A DNA stretch of 36,091 bases, taken from sequence record SRR20825006_2895; one strand, 5' to 3'. The notes beneath the pieces are model-generated. The model was given only the letters and a program-made list of their open reading frames with translations. It was not told where the DNA came from and searched no databases. This document shows, piece after piece, positions 1 through 10,044 of this stretch. The translations under genes were made by a program, and so were the position numbers. Position 1 is the first letter of the stretch; each line of letters opens with the position of its first letter.

Positions 1-698
1 ACAGAAAAGCAATGCTTTCTAACATGGCTTGTTCATTGATCGAACATAAGCGCATTAACACAACTATCGCAAAAGCAAAAGCACTTCGTGTGTTTGTTGA
101 GCCTTTGCTTACAAAAGCGAAAACAGACTCAACGCATTCACGTCGTACAGTTTTTGGATACCTACAAAATAAAGAAGTAGTAACTGAACTTTTCAGAGAA
201 GTTGCTCCTAAAATTGCTGATCGCCCAGGTGGTTACACACGTATTATCAGAACGGGTTACCGTTTAGGAGATAACGCGGAAATGTGTATGATCGAGTTGG
301 TTGATTTCAATGAACTTTATACAAACGAAGGTGCTAAGAAAACAACTCGTCGTTCACGTCGTGGTTCTGGAACTAAGTCGACGGACGAAACTACAGAAAC
401 TGTAGCAACTGAAGAGGCTTCAAACGAATCAACAGAAACGGTAGCAACAGATGATTTAACAAAAATCGAAGGAATCGGACCGAAAATTGCAGAAACGTTA
501 AACGCCGCTGGTGTTAACACGTACGCTGAATTGGCTGGAATGACTGCTGAGAAAATTGCTGAAATTATCGCTGACGTTCGCGGAGGTCACGTAACAGACA
601 CTTGGCCACAACAAGCGCAATTAGCTGCTGATGGTAAGTGGGATGAGTTGAAAGCTCTTCAAGATGAACTAGACGGTGGTAAGCCTGCTGAAGGTTAA
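1..698 (+). CDS. rplQ: 50S ribosomal protein L17 (5'-truncated by the window edge) with an acidic linker and a C-terminal helix-hairpin-helix domain
   Basis: The frame is open from the window start ([26 protein letters not shown]...[28 protein letters not shown]), which is the L17 signature. The ATG at 12 is internal. The extension [21 protein letters not shown]...[16 protein letters not shown] is HhH-like. Confidence 0.97.
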   Translation, partial: RKAMLSNMACSLIEHKRINTTIAKAKALRVFVEPLLTKAKTDSTHSRRTVFGYLQNKEVVTELFREVAPKIADRPGGYTRIIRTGYRLGDNAEMCMIELVDFNELYTNEGAKKTTRRSRRGSGTKSTDETTETVATEEASNESTETVATDDLTKIEGIGPKIAETLNAAGVNTYAELAGMTAEKIAEIIADVRGGHVTDTWPQQAQLAADGKWDELKALQDELDGGKPAEG

Positions 699-717
699 TC
701 TTCAAAAATAATTAAGG

Positions 718-752
718 AAAAGGGATTCATGAAAATGAGTCCCTTTTTTTTT
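718..752 (+). terminator. Rho-independent terminator after rplQ
   Basis: AAAAGGGATTCAT-gaaa-ATGAGTCCCTTTT hairpin (one G-U pair) followed by a long T tract. Confidence 0.9.
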
Positions 753-1119
753 GAATGACTTGTAACGTGCTTCGGGATAACCTATTTCATAAGATGACCT
801 TAAAACAGTCCAGTGGTACTTTGACTGAAAGGAAATGGGCTCCACTACCGATTGGATTAGTCTATGTTGGAATGAGTTTTAATTGTTCTTGGAAATTAAC
901 TACGCCTTTTCTTTTTTCTGCTATCAAGGCAAGGTAAGCAGAGATCCCGATCATGACTTCAACGAGTATCTTTTTATTGGTCTAATTCTCTTTTCGATCC
1001 ATTCGCTCATAATTCACTCAAAGCATAAATTGATCAAGTCATCGGAGTAAATCGTGTATAGTTCACTTTTTTCGTGAATATCTATCTTAATTAAATCGGT
1101 TTAATCTTTGAGAAATCTC

Positions 1120-1127
1120 TAACTTTG
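1120..1127 (+). promoter_or_regulatory. Bacteroidota housekeeping-sigma -7 element (TAACTTTG) for carA-eno
   Basis: Exact TAnnTTTG match 14 nt upstream of the carA ATG. No clear -33 TTTG at canonical spacing. Confidence 0.6.
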
Positions 1128-1141
1128 CAGAAAATTTTGAT

Positions 1142-3522
<2,381 letters not shown>

Positions 3523-3539
3523 TTATCACGAGATTTTTT

Positions 3540-3570
3540 AAAAGGCCAATAGTTTATTGGTCTTTTTTTT
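3540..3570 (+). terminator. Rho-independent terminator after eno
   Basis: AAAAGGCCAATA-gtt-TATTGGTCTTTT hairpin followed by a T tract. Confidence 0.85.
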
Positions 3571-3652
3571 GCTCAAATTTTCACTGCCCTCATGCTTTCA
3601 TGTGAAATATTAACGATAAGTGTCTTTATTTAAAGTTAAGTGTGTGTTAAAA

Positions 3653-3678
3653 GCAACTGGGATATGCACTCGAACGTC
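3653..3678 (+). promoter_or_regulatory. Candidate ECF-sigma promoter (GCAAC-N17-CGTC)
   Basis: GCAAC at 3653-3657 and CGTC at 3675-3678, 30 nt upstream of the ATG at 3709. Fits the general ECF AAC...CGT pattern. Confidence 0.45.
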
Positions 3679-3708
3679 ATATAAAGTATAAAACAAAAAT
3701 ACTACCAA

Positions 3709-6288
3709 ATGCAGAATTCTAGCTCCCGAATACTTTTGAAGTATTCAATTTTATTCATCCTTACGATGCTTGCGAATGTAGGATTGAGTCAGCCTCAAAC
3801 GGTGACTTTCAATTATACAGGTGGAACACAATCTTGGACTGTTCCTCCTTGCGTAACTTCTATTTCTATTACCGTAGAAGGAGCACAGGGTGGTGGACCA
3901 TCGGGAGGTCAAGGTGCTGTGGTAACAGGAAATATTAATGTTACACCGGGTCAGGTAATTACCATTATAGTGGGTGGACAACCTTCTGGTACAGGTGGTG
4001 GCTACGGCGGTGGCGGTGTCGGACAAACTGCAAACACTTCTGCGAATTCATCGTTCGGAGGTGGTGGCGCATCCACAATTATTGTGGGTGGTGTACCAGT
4101 AGTTATTGCTGGCGGCGGCGGTGGAACTGGCGGTGGAACAACTGATGCAAATGGCGGAACTGGTGGAGCCAATGGCGGAACAGGAACCTCACCTTTTGGT
4201 GTTGGCGGTGGCGGCGGAACGCAAGGTAGTGGTGGAACTGGTGGACCTCCCTGGATTACAGCCGGTGGAACTGGTGGTGCTGGTTCAATAGGAATGGGTG
4301 GTGCTGGTGCAAATGACCCGTGTAATAACAACTCACCTGGCGGTGGCGGCTACTATGGTGGTGGTGGTGGTGGAAGTGACTGCTTCGGTTCTGCTCCTTA
4401 CGGCGGCGGCGGCGGCGGTGGCGGATCTAGTTTAGTTCCTGCTGGTGGTTCTGCATCAAACGGAGGGAATACAGGAAATGGAACAGTCTCTATTACATTC
4501 AACGGAATTATTGCAACGGCATCGAATACGGGACCATATTGTGAAGGAGATGTAGTTCAATTAAACGGTGGCGGTGGCGCAACATATAACTGGTCTGGAC
4601 CTGGAGGATTTACTTCAACGCTTCAAAACCCAACATTCGTAGCTACTTCAGCAACAATGTCAGGATCGTATATGGTAATTGTAACAGATCCAGCTTGCCC
4701 AGTTGGCGACACTGCGTATACAACAGTCGTGATTAACGAGATGCCAACAGTCAACCCTGTAGCAGATCAAACGATATGTAACGAAGACAATACCGCAGCA
4801 ATCAACTTCACAGGAGTTTTTGCTGGAGCAACATACACATGGACAAATAATAATCCCGCAACTGGACTTCCAGCAAATGGAACTGGAAACATAGCTTCTT
4901 TTATGGGAACAGCTCCAACAACTACTCAAGTTTCGCAAGTAATTGTGATTCCGAGTACGCCTTTCTGTACTGGAATAGCGGATACTTTTCTCATAACAGT
5001 ATTAGCCAAACCAACGTTAACATTAAGCAACGACACAACAATATGTGAGAATGGAACGGCTAATTTACTTGCAACTGCAACAGGCGGTGGCGGTGGTCCG
5101 TATACGTATTATTGGGATAACACTGGTTCTACAGTAGGAAATCAGGCGGTATCTCCAATGGTACAAACAACGTATACAGTGTATGTTGAAAGTGCTACTG
5201 GTTGTCAATCAGATCCTCAGTCCGTAACCGTGAGTATGTATCCACCGCTTTCTGGAAACATCACTCCTTGGGATACGATCTGTCCAGGATATCCTACGGA
5301 CATTTCTGCAAATGTAAACGGAGGTATTGGTCAACCATACACTTTTACATGGACTACAGGGGATACATACACAGGAGTTGGGAATCATACTATCAACGTA
5401 AACCCGCCTGCTACAACCAATTATTCCGTGATTATTTCAGATGGTTGCGAAACAACTCCATTAGTCTTTACAACAAATGTCAGAGTTGCACCATTACCAG
5501 TCCCAATGGTAAATGTGTTAAACCCAATTCAATGTGAGCCGGCAGTTTTCGACATAGTAAACACTACAGATCCTCAGTTGAGTCAGTATAATTACTGGGT
5601 CATTAATGGAACGGATATTTATATCAATCAGGACACGGTTATTACCAACCCACTTTATGCAGGAGAATATGATGTTCAATTGGTAGTTACCTCTTATGAA
5701 GGATGCATTGACTCGGTGACATTTACTGATTTGTTAGTTGTAGACCCAAAACCTGTCGCAGATTTTAGATATTCTCCGAATCCTGTATTGATGTTTAACA
5801 CACAAGTACATTTCGATAATTATTCGTTTAATGGATACACATATCAGTGGTACTTTGAAGGTGGATCTCCATCACAATCAAACCTTACTAGTCCAGACGT
5901 ATTATTCCCAGATGGAGTAACTGGACGTTATGATGTAATGTTAATAACAACTTCAGAATTGAATTGTGTGGACACAATGATACAAGAACTGATCGTTTAT
6001 CCTGAAGTCATTATCTATGCGCCAAATACATTTACCCCTGATGGTGATGAACACAACCAAGACTGGAAGGTATTCATGGAAGGAATAGATATTTACAGTT
6101 TCGAATTATTGGTATTCGACCGATGGGGAGAGATTGTTTGGGAATCTCATGATATCTCTGTAGGCTGGGACGGAACGTATGGTGGTAAGCCTATTCAATC
6201 AGGAATGTATACATGGATAGTCAGAACAAAAGATGTATTGAATGATGGAAAATATGTCTTCAACGGACATGTGAATATCCTCAGATAA
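3709..6288 (+). CDS. T9SS type-B (gliding-motility-associated C-terminal domain) surface protein with an N-terminal glycine-rich domain and Ig/PKD-like repeats
   Basis: Signal peptide; FNYTGGTQSWTVPPCVTSISITVEGAQGG followed by many GGGG tracts; Ig/PKD-like repeats (YNWSGPGGF, PVADF...YQWYF); C-terminal YAPNTFTPDGDEHN...VFDRWGE...GWDGT...GHVNILR. Confidence 0.9.
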   Translation: MQNSSSRILLKYSILFILTMLANVGLSQPQTVTFNYTGGTQSWTVPPCVTSISITVEGAQGGGPSGGQGAVVTGNINVTPGQVITIIVGGQPSGTGGGYGGGGVGQTANTSANSSFGGGGASTIIVGGVPVVIAGGGGGTGGGTTDANGGTGGANGGTGTSPFGVGGGGGTQGSGGTGGPPWITAGGTGGAGSIGMGGAGANDPCNNNSPGGGGYYGGGGGGSDCFGSAPYGGGGGGGGSSLVPAGGSASNGGNTGNGTVSITFNGIIATASNTGPYCEGDVVQLNGGGGATYNWSGPGGFTSTLQNPTFVATSATMSGSYMVIVTDPACPVGDTAYTTVVINEMPTVNPVADQTICNEDNTAAINFTGVFAGATYTWTNNNPATGLPANGTGNIASFMGTAPTTTQVSQVIVIPSTPFCTGIADTFLITVLAKPTLTLSNDTTICENGTANLLATATGGGGGPYTYYWDNTGSTVGNQAVSPMVQTTYTVYVESATGCQSDPQSVTVSMYPPLSGNITPWDTICPGYPTDISANVNGGIGQPYTFTWTTGDTYTGVGNHTINVNPPATTNYSVIISDGCETTPLVFTTNVRVAPLPVPMVNVLNPIQCEPAVFDIVNTTDPQLSQYNYWVINGTDIYINQDTVITNPLYAGEYDVQLVVTSYEGCIDSVTFTDLLVVDPKPVADFRYSPNPVLMFNTQVHFDNYSFNGYTYQWYFEGGSPSQSNLTSPDVLFPDGVTGRYDVMLITTSELNCVDTMIQELIVYPEVIIYAPNTFTPDGDEHNQDWKVFMEGIDIYSFELLVFDRWGEIVWESHDISVGWDGTYGGKPIQSGMYTWIVRTKDVLNDGKYVFNGHVNILR

Positions 6289-6304
6289 TTAATAATTGAT
6301 CCCG

Positions 6305-6340
6305 AAAACGCCTTTTACACCAAGTGAGAGGCGTTTTTTT
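6305..6340. terminator. Probably bidirectional Rho-independent terminator between convergent genes
   Basis: AAAACGCCTTT...CAC-caa-GTG-AGAGGCGTTTTTTT hairpin with A and T tracts on either side. Confidence 0.8.
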
Positions 6341-6348
6341 ATGTCCGC

Positions 6349-6942
6349 TTAATCCAGTAATAAGAGATAGAATGGCTGTTCTTTAATGGAAAGCTTAAAA
6401 CGATCGAGCAACGGTCGGTCTGCATTTTCCTCGGTCAAAAGAAATACGGCAGAACGAATAGAATCAATAGATCTGAAACTTAGCCTGAACACTTCTTTAT
6501 TAACAGTCAAACCAATACCTTCAGAGAATGATCTTCTCAGGCTATCCAATGCTCCAATTGGGATTGTGTTAATGCATGAATCAATCTCTTTTTTAATCGT
6601 CTCTTTGCCCAACGCACGGATGAAGTAAACCATTCTAAGCGAATCAATATTTTTTCTATCGAAGTATGGATAGATACTATTTAGTTCTTGAGCCGCTAGT
6701 AAATACTCTCCAAGATTCACATGAATTTCACTCCGATTAAGAGCAATCATTTCTGAGGCTTCGAACCAAGTATTACCGCAGAAACCATAGTCTGATGTGT
6801 CCGATTTATTGAGTAACTTCTCTGCCTTTTCATAGCGTCCGTGTTCTATAGCTCTTTCCGCCTTCCGTATATAGTCAAATCCTTTTTGCGCGTGACAGTA
6901 TCCGTTTAAGAGCAATATTCCAAACAGAAGTTTTACATTCAT
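6349..6942 (-). CDS. Hypothetical exported, mostly helical (TPR-like) protein
   Basis: Start re-assigned to the ATG at 6942 (MNVKLLFGILLLNGYCHAQ, signal-peptide-like) because the GTG at 7035 lies inside a terminator hairpin. Helical repeat-like segment AERAIEHGRYEKAEKLL. Confidence 0.65.
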   Translation of the reverse strand: MNVKLLFGILLLNGYCHAQKGFDYIRKAERAIEHGRYEKAEKLLNKSDTSDYGFCGNTWFEASEMIALNRSEIHVNLGEYLLAAQELNSIYPYFDRKNIDSLRMVYFIRALGKETIKKEIDSCINTIPIGALDSLRRSFSEGIGLTVNKEVFRLSFRSIDSIRSAVFLLTEENADRPLLDRFKLSIKEQPFYLLLLD

Positions 6943-7009
6943 AAGAGAGCTTTTGCTTATAGATGAAGAACCGTCGCTCATTCCATATTGTGAGAAAATT
7001 GATGGCATC

Positions 7010-7040
7010 AAAAAAGGGTGTCCTTCGCAGAACACCCTTT
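7010..7040 (-). terminator. Rho-independent terminator after the 907-aa T9SS gene
   Basis: Minus strand AAAGGGTGT-tctgcgaagg-ACACCCTTTTTT, 16 nt past the stop codon. Confidence 0.85.
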
Positions 7041-7056
7041 AGTCAAAAGCTGTTTT

Positions 7057-9780
7057 CTAGTGCTTCATTACTTTTTTCGTAGTAACCCCATTTACACGAA
7101 TCAAATAGAGACCAGCAACTATTTTTTCAGTGTTTAATGTTGTCGTTTTGGAGTTGTTAAACTCTTTCGTAAGAACAACTCGTCCTTGTGCATCTACTAA
7201 TTCAATAGTAGCAATTGAAAGATCACTTCCTTCTACGGTAACTTCTAAAAAGTCAGCGAATGGGTTCGGATAAATGTGTGTCGACGATGCGATCAATTCA
7301 TTTATGCTTAGCGATCCAGCCGTTGCACAGTCTGCGTTTGTCCCCTGAACTGTTGACACGGTAGAAACCCCGTTAAAATAACTAGAGATTGTTCCTAAAT
7401 CCGTATCGTTAATTTGATCATCGATTGATGCAAACGTCAAGAAATAAACTGGCTCAAGTGTAGAAATTCCACCCGGAGTTGTAGAGTATGAAGTCAACAA
7501 AAGCGATTCCGAATTCATATTATTGAACGCCATACTCATAGGTGATGCCGAAGGGATGTTTTTAGTCACCCCGATCAATGATAATCTACTTTCATCATAA
7601 TCTAAAGCAAAGTCCATAGCCATCAAGTTATCATTGCTTTGGTAGTAAACAGGAATCGTTAATTCACAATTGCCATTTCGCGTAGCTTCATCAAGCGCAT
7701 AAATCATAGATGTATTCACCTTTAAGTTTCCACCAGGAGTGTTTCCATTCCATGTTCCATTTGCATCACCCAATAGGATTCCGCTATAAGTTTGATCAAT
7801 GATTTTTGAGCAATAAGTATTAGAGTCTGTTGCTACTTCCAAACAAAAAGGAACATCTGGAACATTGTAACGCGAGTATCCAACACTGTCATTTCCTGGG
7901 AAACTTGTGCTGAGTGAATACGCTGGATTTGTATTTAACGTAATGCTATCTACGAATCTCCAATCGAGTGAGTTTTCTACTGGTGCGGGATAATTCCATG
8001 CTTGCGGAAATTCACAAATATTTCCAATCGTTCTGTTTTGAATATGTGTAATATCATTAGCAGAAACATAGCCGTCCATATTCACATCCATCGCAATTAT
8101 TTGGTAAACATTAGGGACGTAAGAGCCGTTTAACGTAGTAACTAAGCTCGTAAAGTAAGTGTCCATTCCATTAATCACGGGCATCACACCGATTGGTCCT
8201 GGGCATGGCGCCGTAGATCCAAAAGAACCCGCAATATCGCGCATTATTTGAATTGAAGAACCCATGTTCGTATTGTAAGTAACGTAACCGTTTATGTCTG
8301 GTGTTGCAACATTTGGGTTGATTACCGCACAGGTATCATCTGTTCCACTGAAGTCCGTGACTGGATAATCGAGTGGGTTTGTGTCGTCATACCTCAATGG
8401 GCGATTGTGATCTTGCCAGTAAATGACTTTTGCAGTTAAAGTTGTGTCGTTTTTTAATATAAATGAACCATTGTCAGCACATTCAAACTCTACAGAAGTT
8501 TGGAAACCTTCAATAACTTCACAAACAGAGAATTCTAGAGTATCACCAGTTGTGTACTGTGATAATAATTGGAATTCAACACAAGCGATTTCTCCAAGAC
8601 CCGTAAACTCAGCTGTAGATGGAGCCGATGGGTCGTAGTAAATACTGACATGAAGTTCACCTGGCGTCATAACATAGTTGATCGCGTAATTTGCATTTGG
8701 AGAACCGTCTAATACAACATTTCCAATTTCCACATTTCCAGTAGGCGTTAAAGAACCTGAATCATAAATCATACAAAAATCGATTCCGATCATTCCATCT
8801 TGGATAGTATCTTTTACATTGAGTGGAATGCAAATTCGTGGAATCCCGCAGCATAAACAGTCGAGAGAATCACACGTCATTGATGTCGCAGGAATTTCAT
8901 AAGGACAGCAAGTCATTCCCCAATCCAATCCTAAAATGTTTGTTCCCACAAATGAAATCGGAGCTGATATAGAAATCGGAATTGTAGCAGATGGAATGAT
9001 TGTGTCCATGCGTCGAAGATTTCCTATGTTGTCAATGAAATAGACTTTATTGTTGTCAGCGCAATACCCCATCACGGTTGGCCAGATTGGATTCGCACCG
9101 TTCGTTGTGTACGTCTGTAAAAAGGCAGCATTTCCTGCACCTGGATTCGTATAATCTAAATTATAATACCTTACGACGTTAGACGCTGGAAATCCATCCT
9201 GAAGTAATAAGGAACTTGTACCGTTAGTAACATTGTAAAACTCAAAGTTATCCGCTTCGTTATTAGTTGCTGGGTTTCCCTGAACTATTCCACTGATAAA
9301 GGTCGTTACTCCTGTAGTCGGGCTAACAGTGACAAAATTGTTACTTGCGAAAACTGCTGGACCAGCGGTAGCATTACTCACTGCAGCGTACATAATACTG
9401 TCATTGGGATTAAAGTCTATGGCTTCACAAAGAACAACAGGTTGAGAATTAAGAGACATTGAACCGACTAGAGTAACAGTGTCTTCACAAGGTTTAAACT
9501 TGATCAGTCGACAAGTAGTAGTACCACTGTTGTTAGCAATTGCATAAAAGTTACTGTCCAAAGGATTGAACGTAAGTCGCGCAACGGGACTGTAAGTAGC
9601 GGGAAAAGTGAGAATCGTCGTTGTAGCTCCTGTGGTTGTATCCACCGAAACAAAATTCATCCCCTCAATTCCATAAAGGGTTTCCTGTGCTGTAACGGTT
9701 TGGTTCCCCAACCATAACAGACAACATATTGCCAAGCTCCAACGATGGACGCTTTTGAGCAAAGATTTTTTTCTTTTCAT
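7057..9780 (-). CDS. T9SS type-A secreted protein: beta-rich (propeller-like) N-terminal domain, Cys-rich linker, cohesin-like, dockerin-like and second cohesin-like domains
   Basis: Signal peptide; cohesin-like ICIPLNV...IGIDFCMIYDSGSL...GEIACVEF; Ca-binding dockerin-like DVNMDGYVSANDITHIQ plus GILLGDANGTW; second cohesin-like LTIPVY...AMDFALDYDESRL; CTD IYPNPF...VDAQGRVV...GLYLIRV...KKVMKH. Confidence 0.85.
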   Translation of the reverse strand: MKRKKSLLKSVHRWSLAICCLLWLGNQTVTAQETLYGIEGMNFVSVDTTTGATTTILTFPATYSPVARLTFNPLDSNFYAIANNSGTTTCRLIKFKPCEDTVTLVGSMSLNSQPVVLCEAIDFNPNDSIMYAAVSNATAGPAVFASNNFVTVSPTTGVTTFISGIVQGNPATNNEADNFEFYNVTNGTSSLLLQDGFPASNVVRYYNLDYTNPGAGNAAFLQTYTTNGANPIWPTVMGYCADNNKVYFIDNIGNLRRMDTIIPSATIPISISAPISFVGTNILGLDWGMTCCPYEIPATSMTCDSLDCLCCGIPRICIPLNVKDTIQDGMIGIDFCMIYDSGSLTPTGNVEIGNVVLDGSPNANYAINYVMTPGELHVSIYYDPSAPSTAEFTGLGEIACVEFQLLSQYTTGDTLEFSVCEVIEGFQTSVEFECADNGSFILKNDTTLTAKVIYWQDHNRPLRYDDTNPLDYPVTDFSGTDDTCAVINPNVATPDINGYVTYNTNMGSSIQIMRDIAGSFGSTAPCPGPIGVMPVINGMDTYFTSLVTTLNGSYVPNVYQIIAMDVNMDGYVSANDITHIQNRTIGNICEFPQAWNYPAPVENSLDWRFVDSITLNTNPAYSLSTSFPGNDSVGYSRYNVPDVPFCLEVATDSNTYCSKIIDQTYSGILLGDANGTWNGNTPGGNLKVNTSMIYALDEATRNGNCELTIPVYYQSNDNLMAMDFALDYDESRLSLIGVTKNIPSASPMSMAFNNMNSESLLLTSYSTTPGGISTLEPVYFLTFASIDDQINDTDLGTISSYFNGVSTVSTVQGTNADCATAGSLSINELIASSTHIYPNPFADFLEVTVEGSDLSIATIELVDAQGRVVLTKEFNNSKTTTLNTEKIVAGLYLIRVNGVTTKKVMKH

Positions 9781-9808
9781 AATAATATTTGATTAGATGA
9801 TATGTGCT

Positions 9809-9816
9809 CAAATTTA
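9809..9816 (-). promoter_or_regulatory. -7 promoter element (TAAATTTG) for the 907-aa gene
   Basis: Exact TAnnTTTG on the minus strand, 28 nt upstream of the ATG at 9780. Confidence 0.55.
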
Positions 9817-10044
9817 AGCGTGTGATCTGCTGCTTTTTATAGAACTTCAGCAACAGTATGTTTTACTTGAGCAACGGCTTCATATTTTAATGAGAACTCC
9901 TTCTTTTTGTTCTGAATCCACGATTGAATGTTTAACTTTGTTGAATGGTATTGGAAAAAATAATGCATAGATCTTATGTAAGGTATCCTTAGGTAGTTTG
10001 AAGTATAAAACAGTGAACCTATTGAATAATTAACACGAAGATTT

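Noticed and set aside
753..1119. 60-aa ORF (755..937) and weak inverted repeats upstream of carA, considered as a pyrimidine attenuator or sRNA
   Set aside because: The ORF has no recognisable features, the stems are short and imperfect, and the best -7 element lies downstream at 1120, which leaves no long leader.
4002..4331. Pro-rich antisense ORF and other short ORFs overlapping long genes (for example 317..520, 4660..4938, 16496..16750, 28415..28744, 35233..35520)
   Set aside because: These are shadow ORFs of well-supported genes; the Pro-richness simply mirrors Gly codons on the coding strand.
3990..4450. GGC/GGT-rich repeats considered as a CRISPR array or DNA tandem repeat
   Set aside because: There is no constant repeat-spacer structure, and synonymous variation shows the repetition is at the protein (Gly) level.
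6943..7035. N-terminal 31-aa extension of the 228-aa ORF
   Set aside because: The GTG start lies within the upstream gene's terminator hairpin; the ATG at 6942 gives a proper signal peptide.
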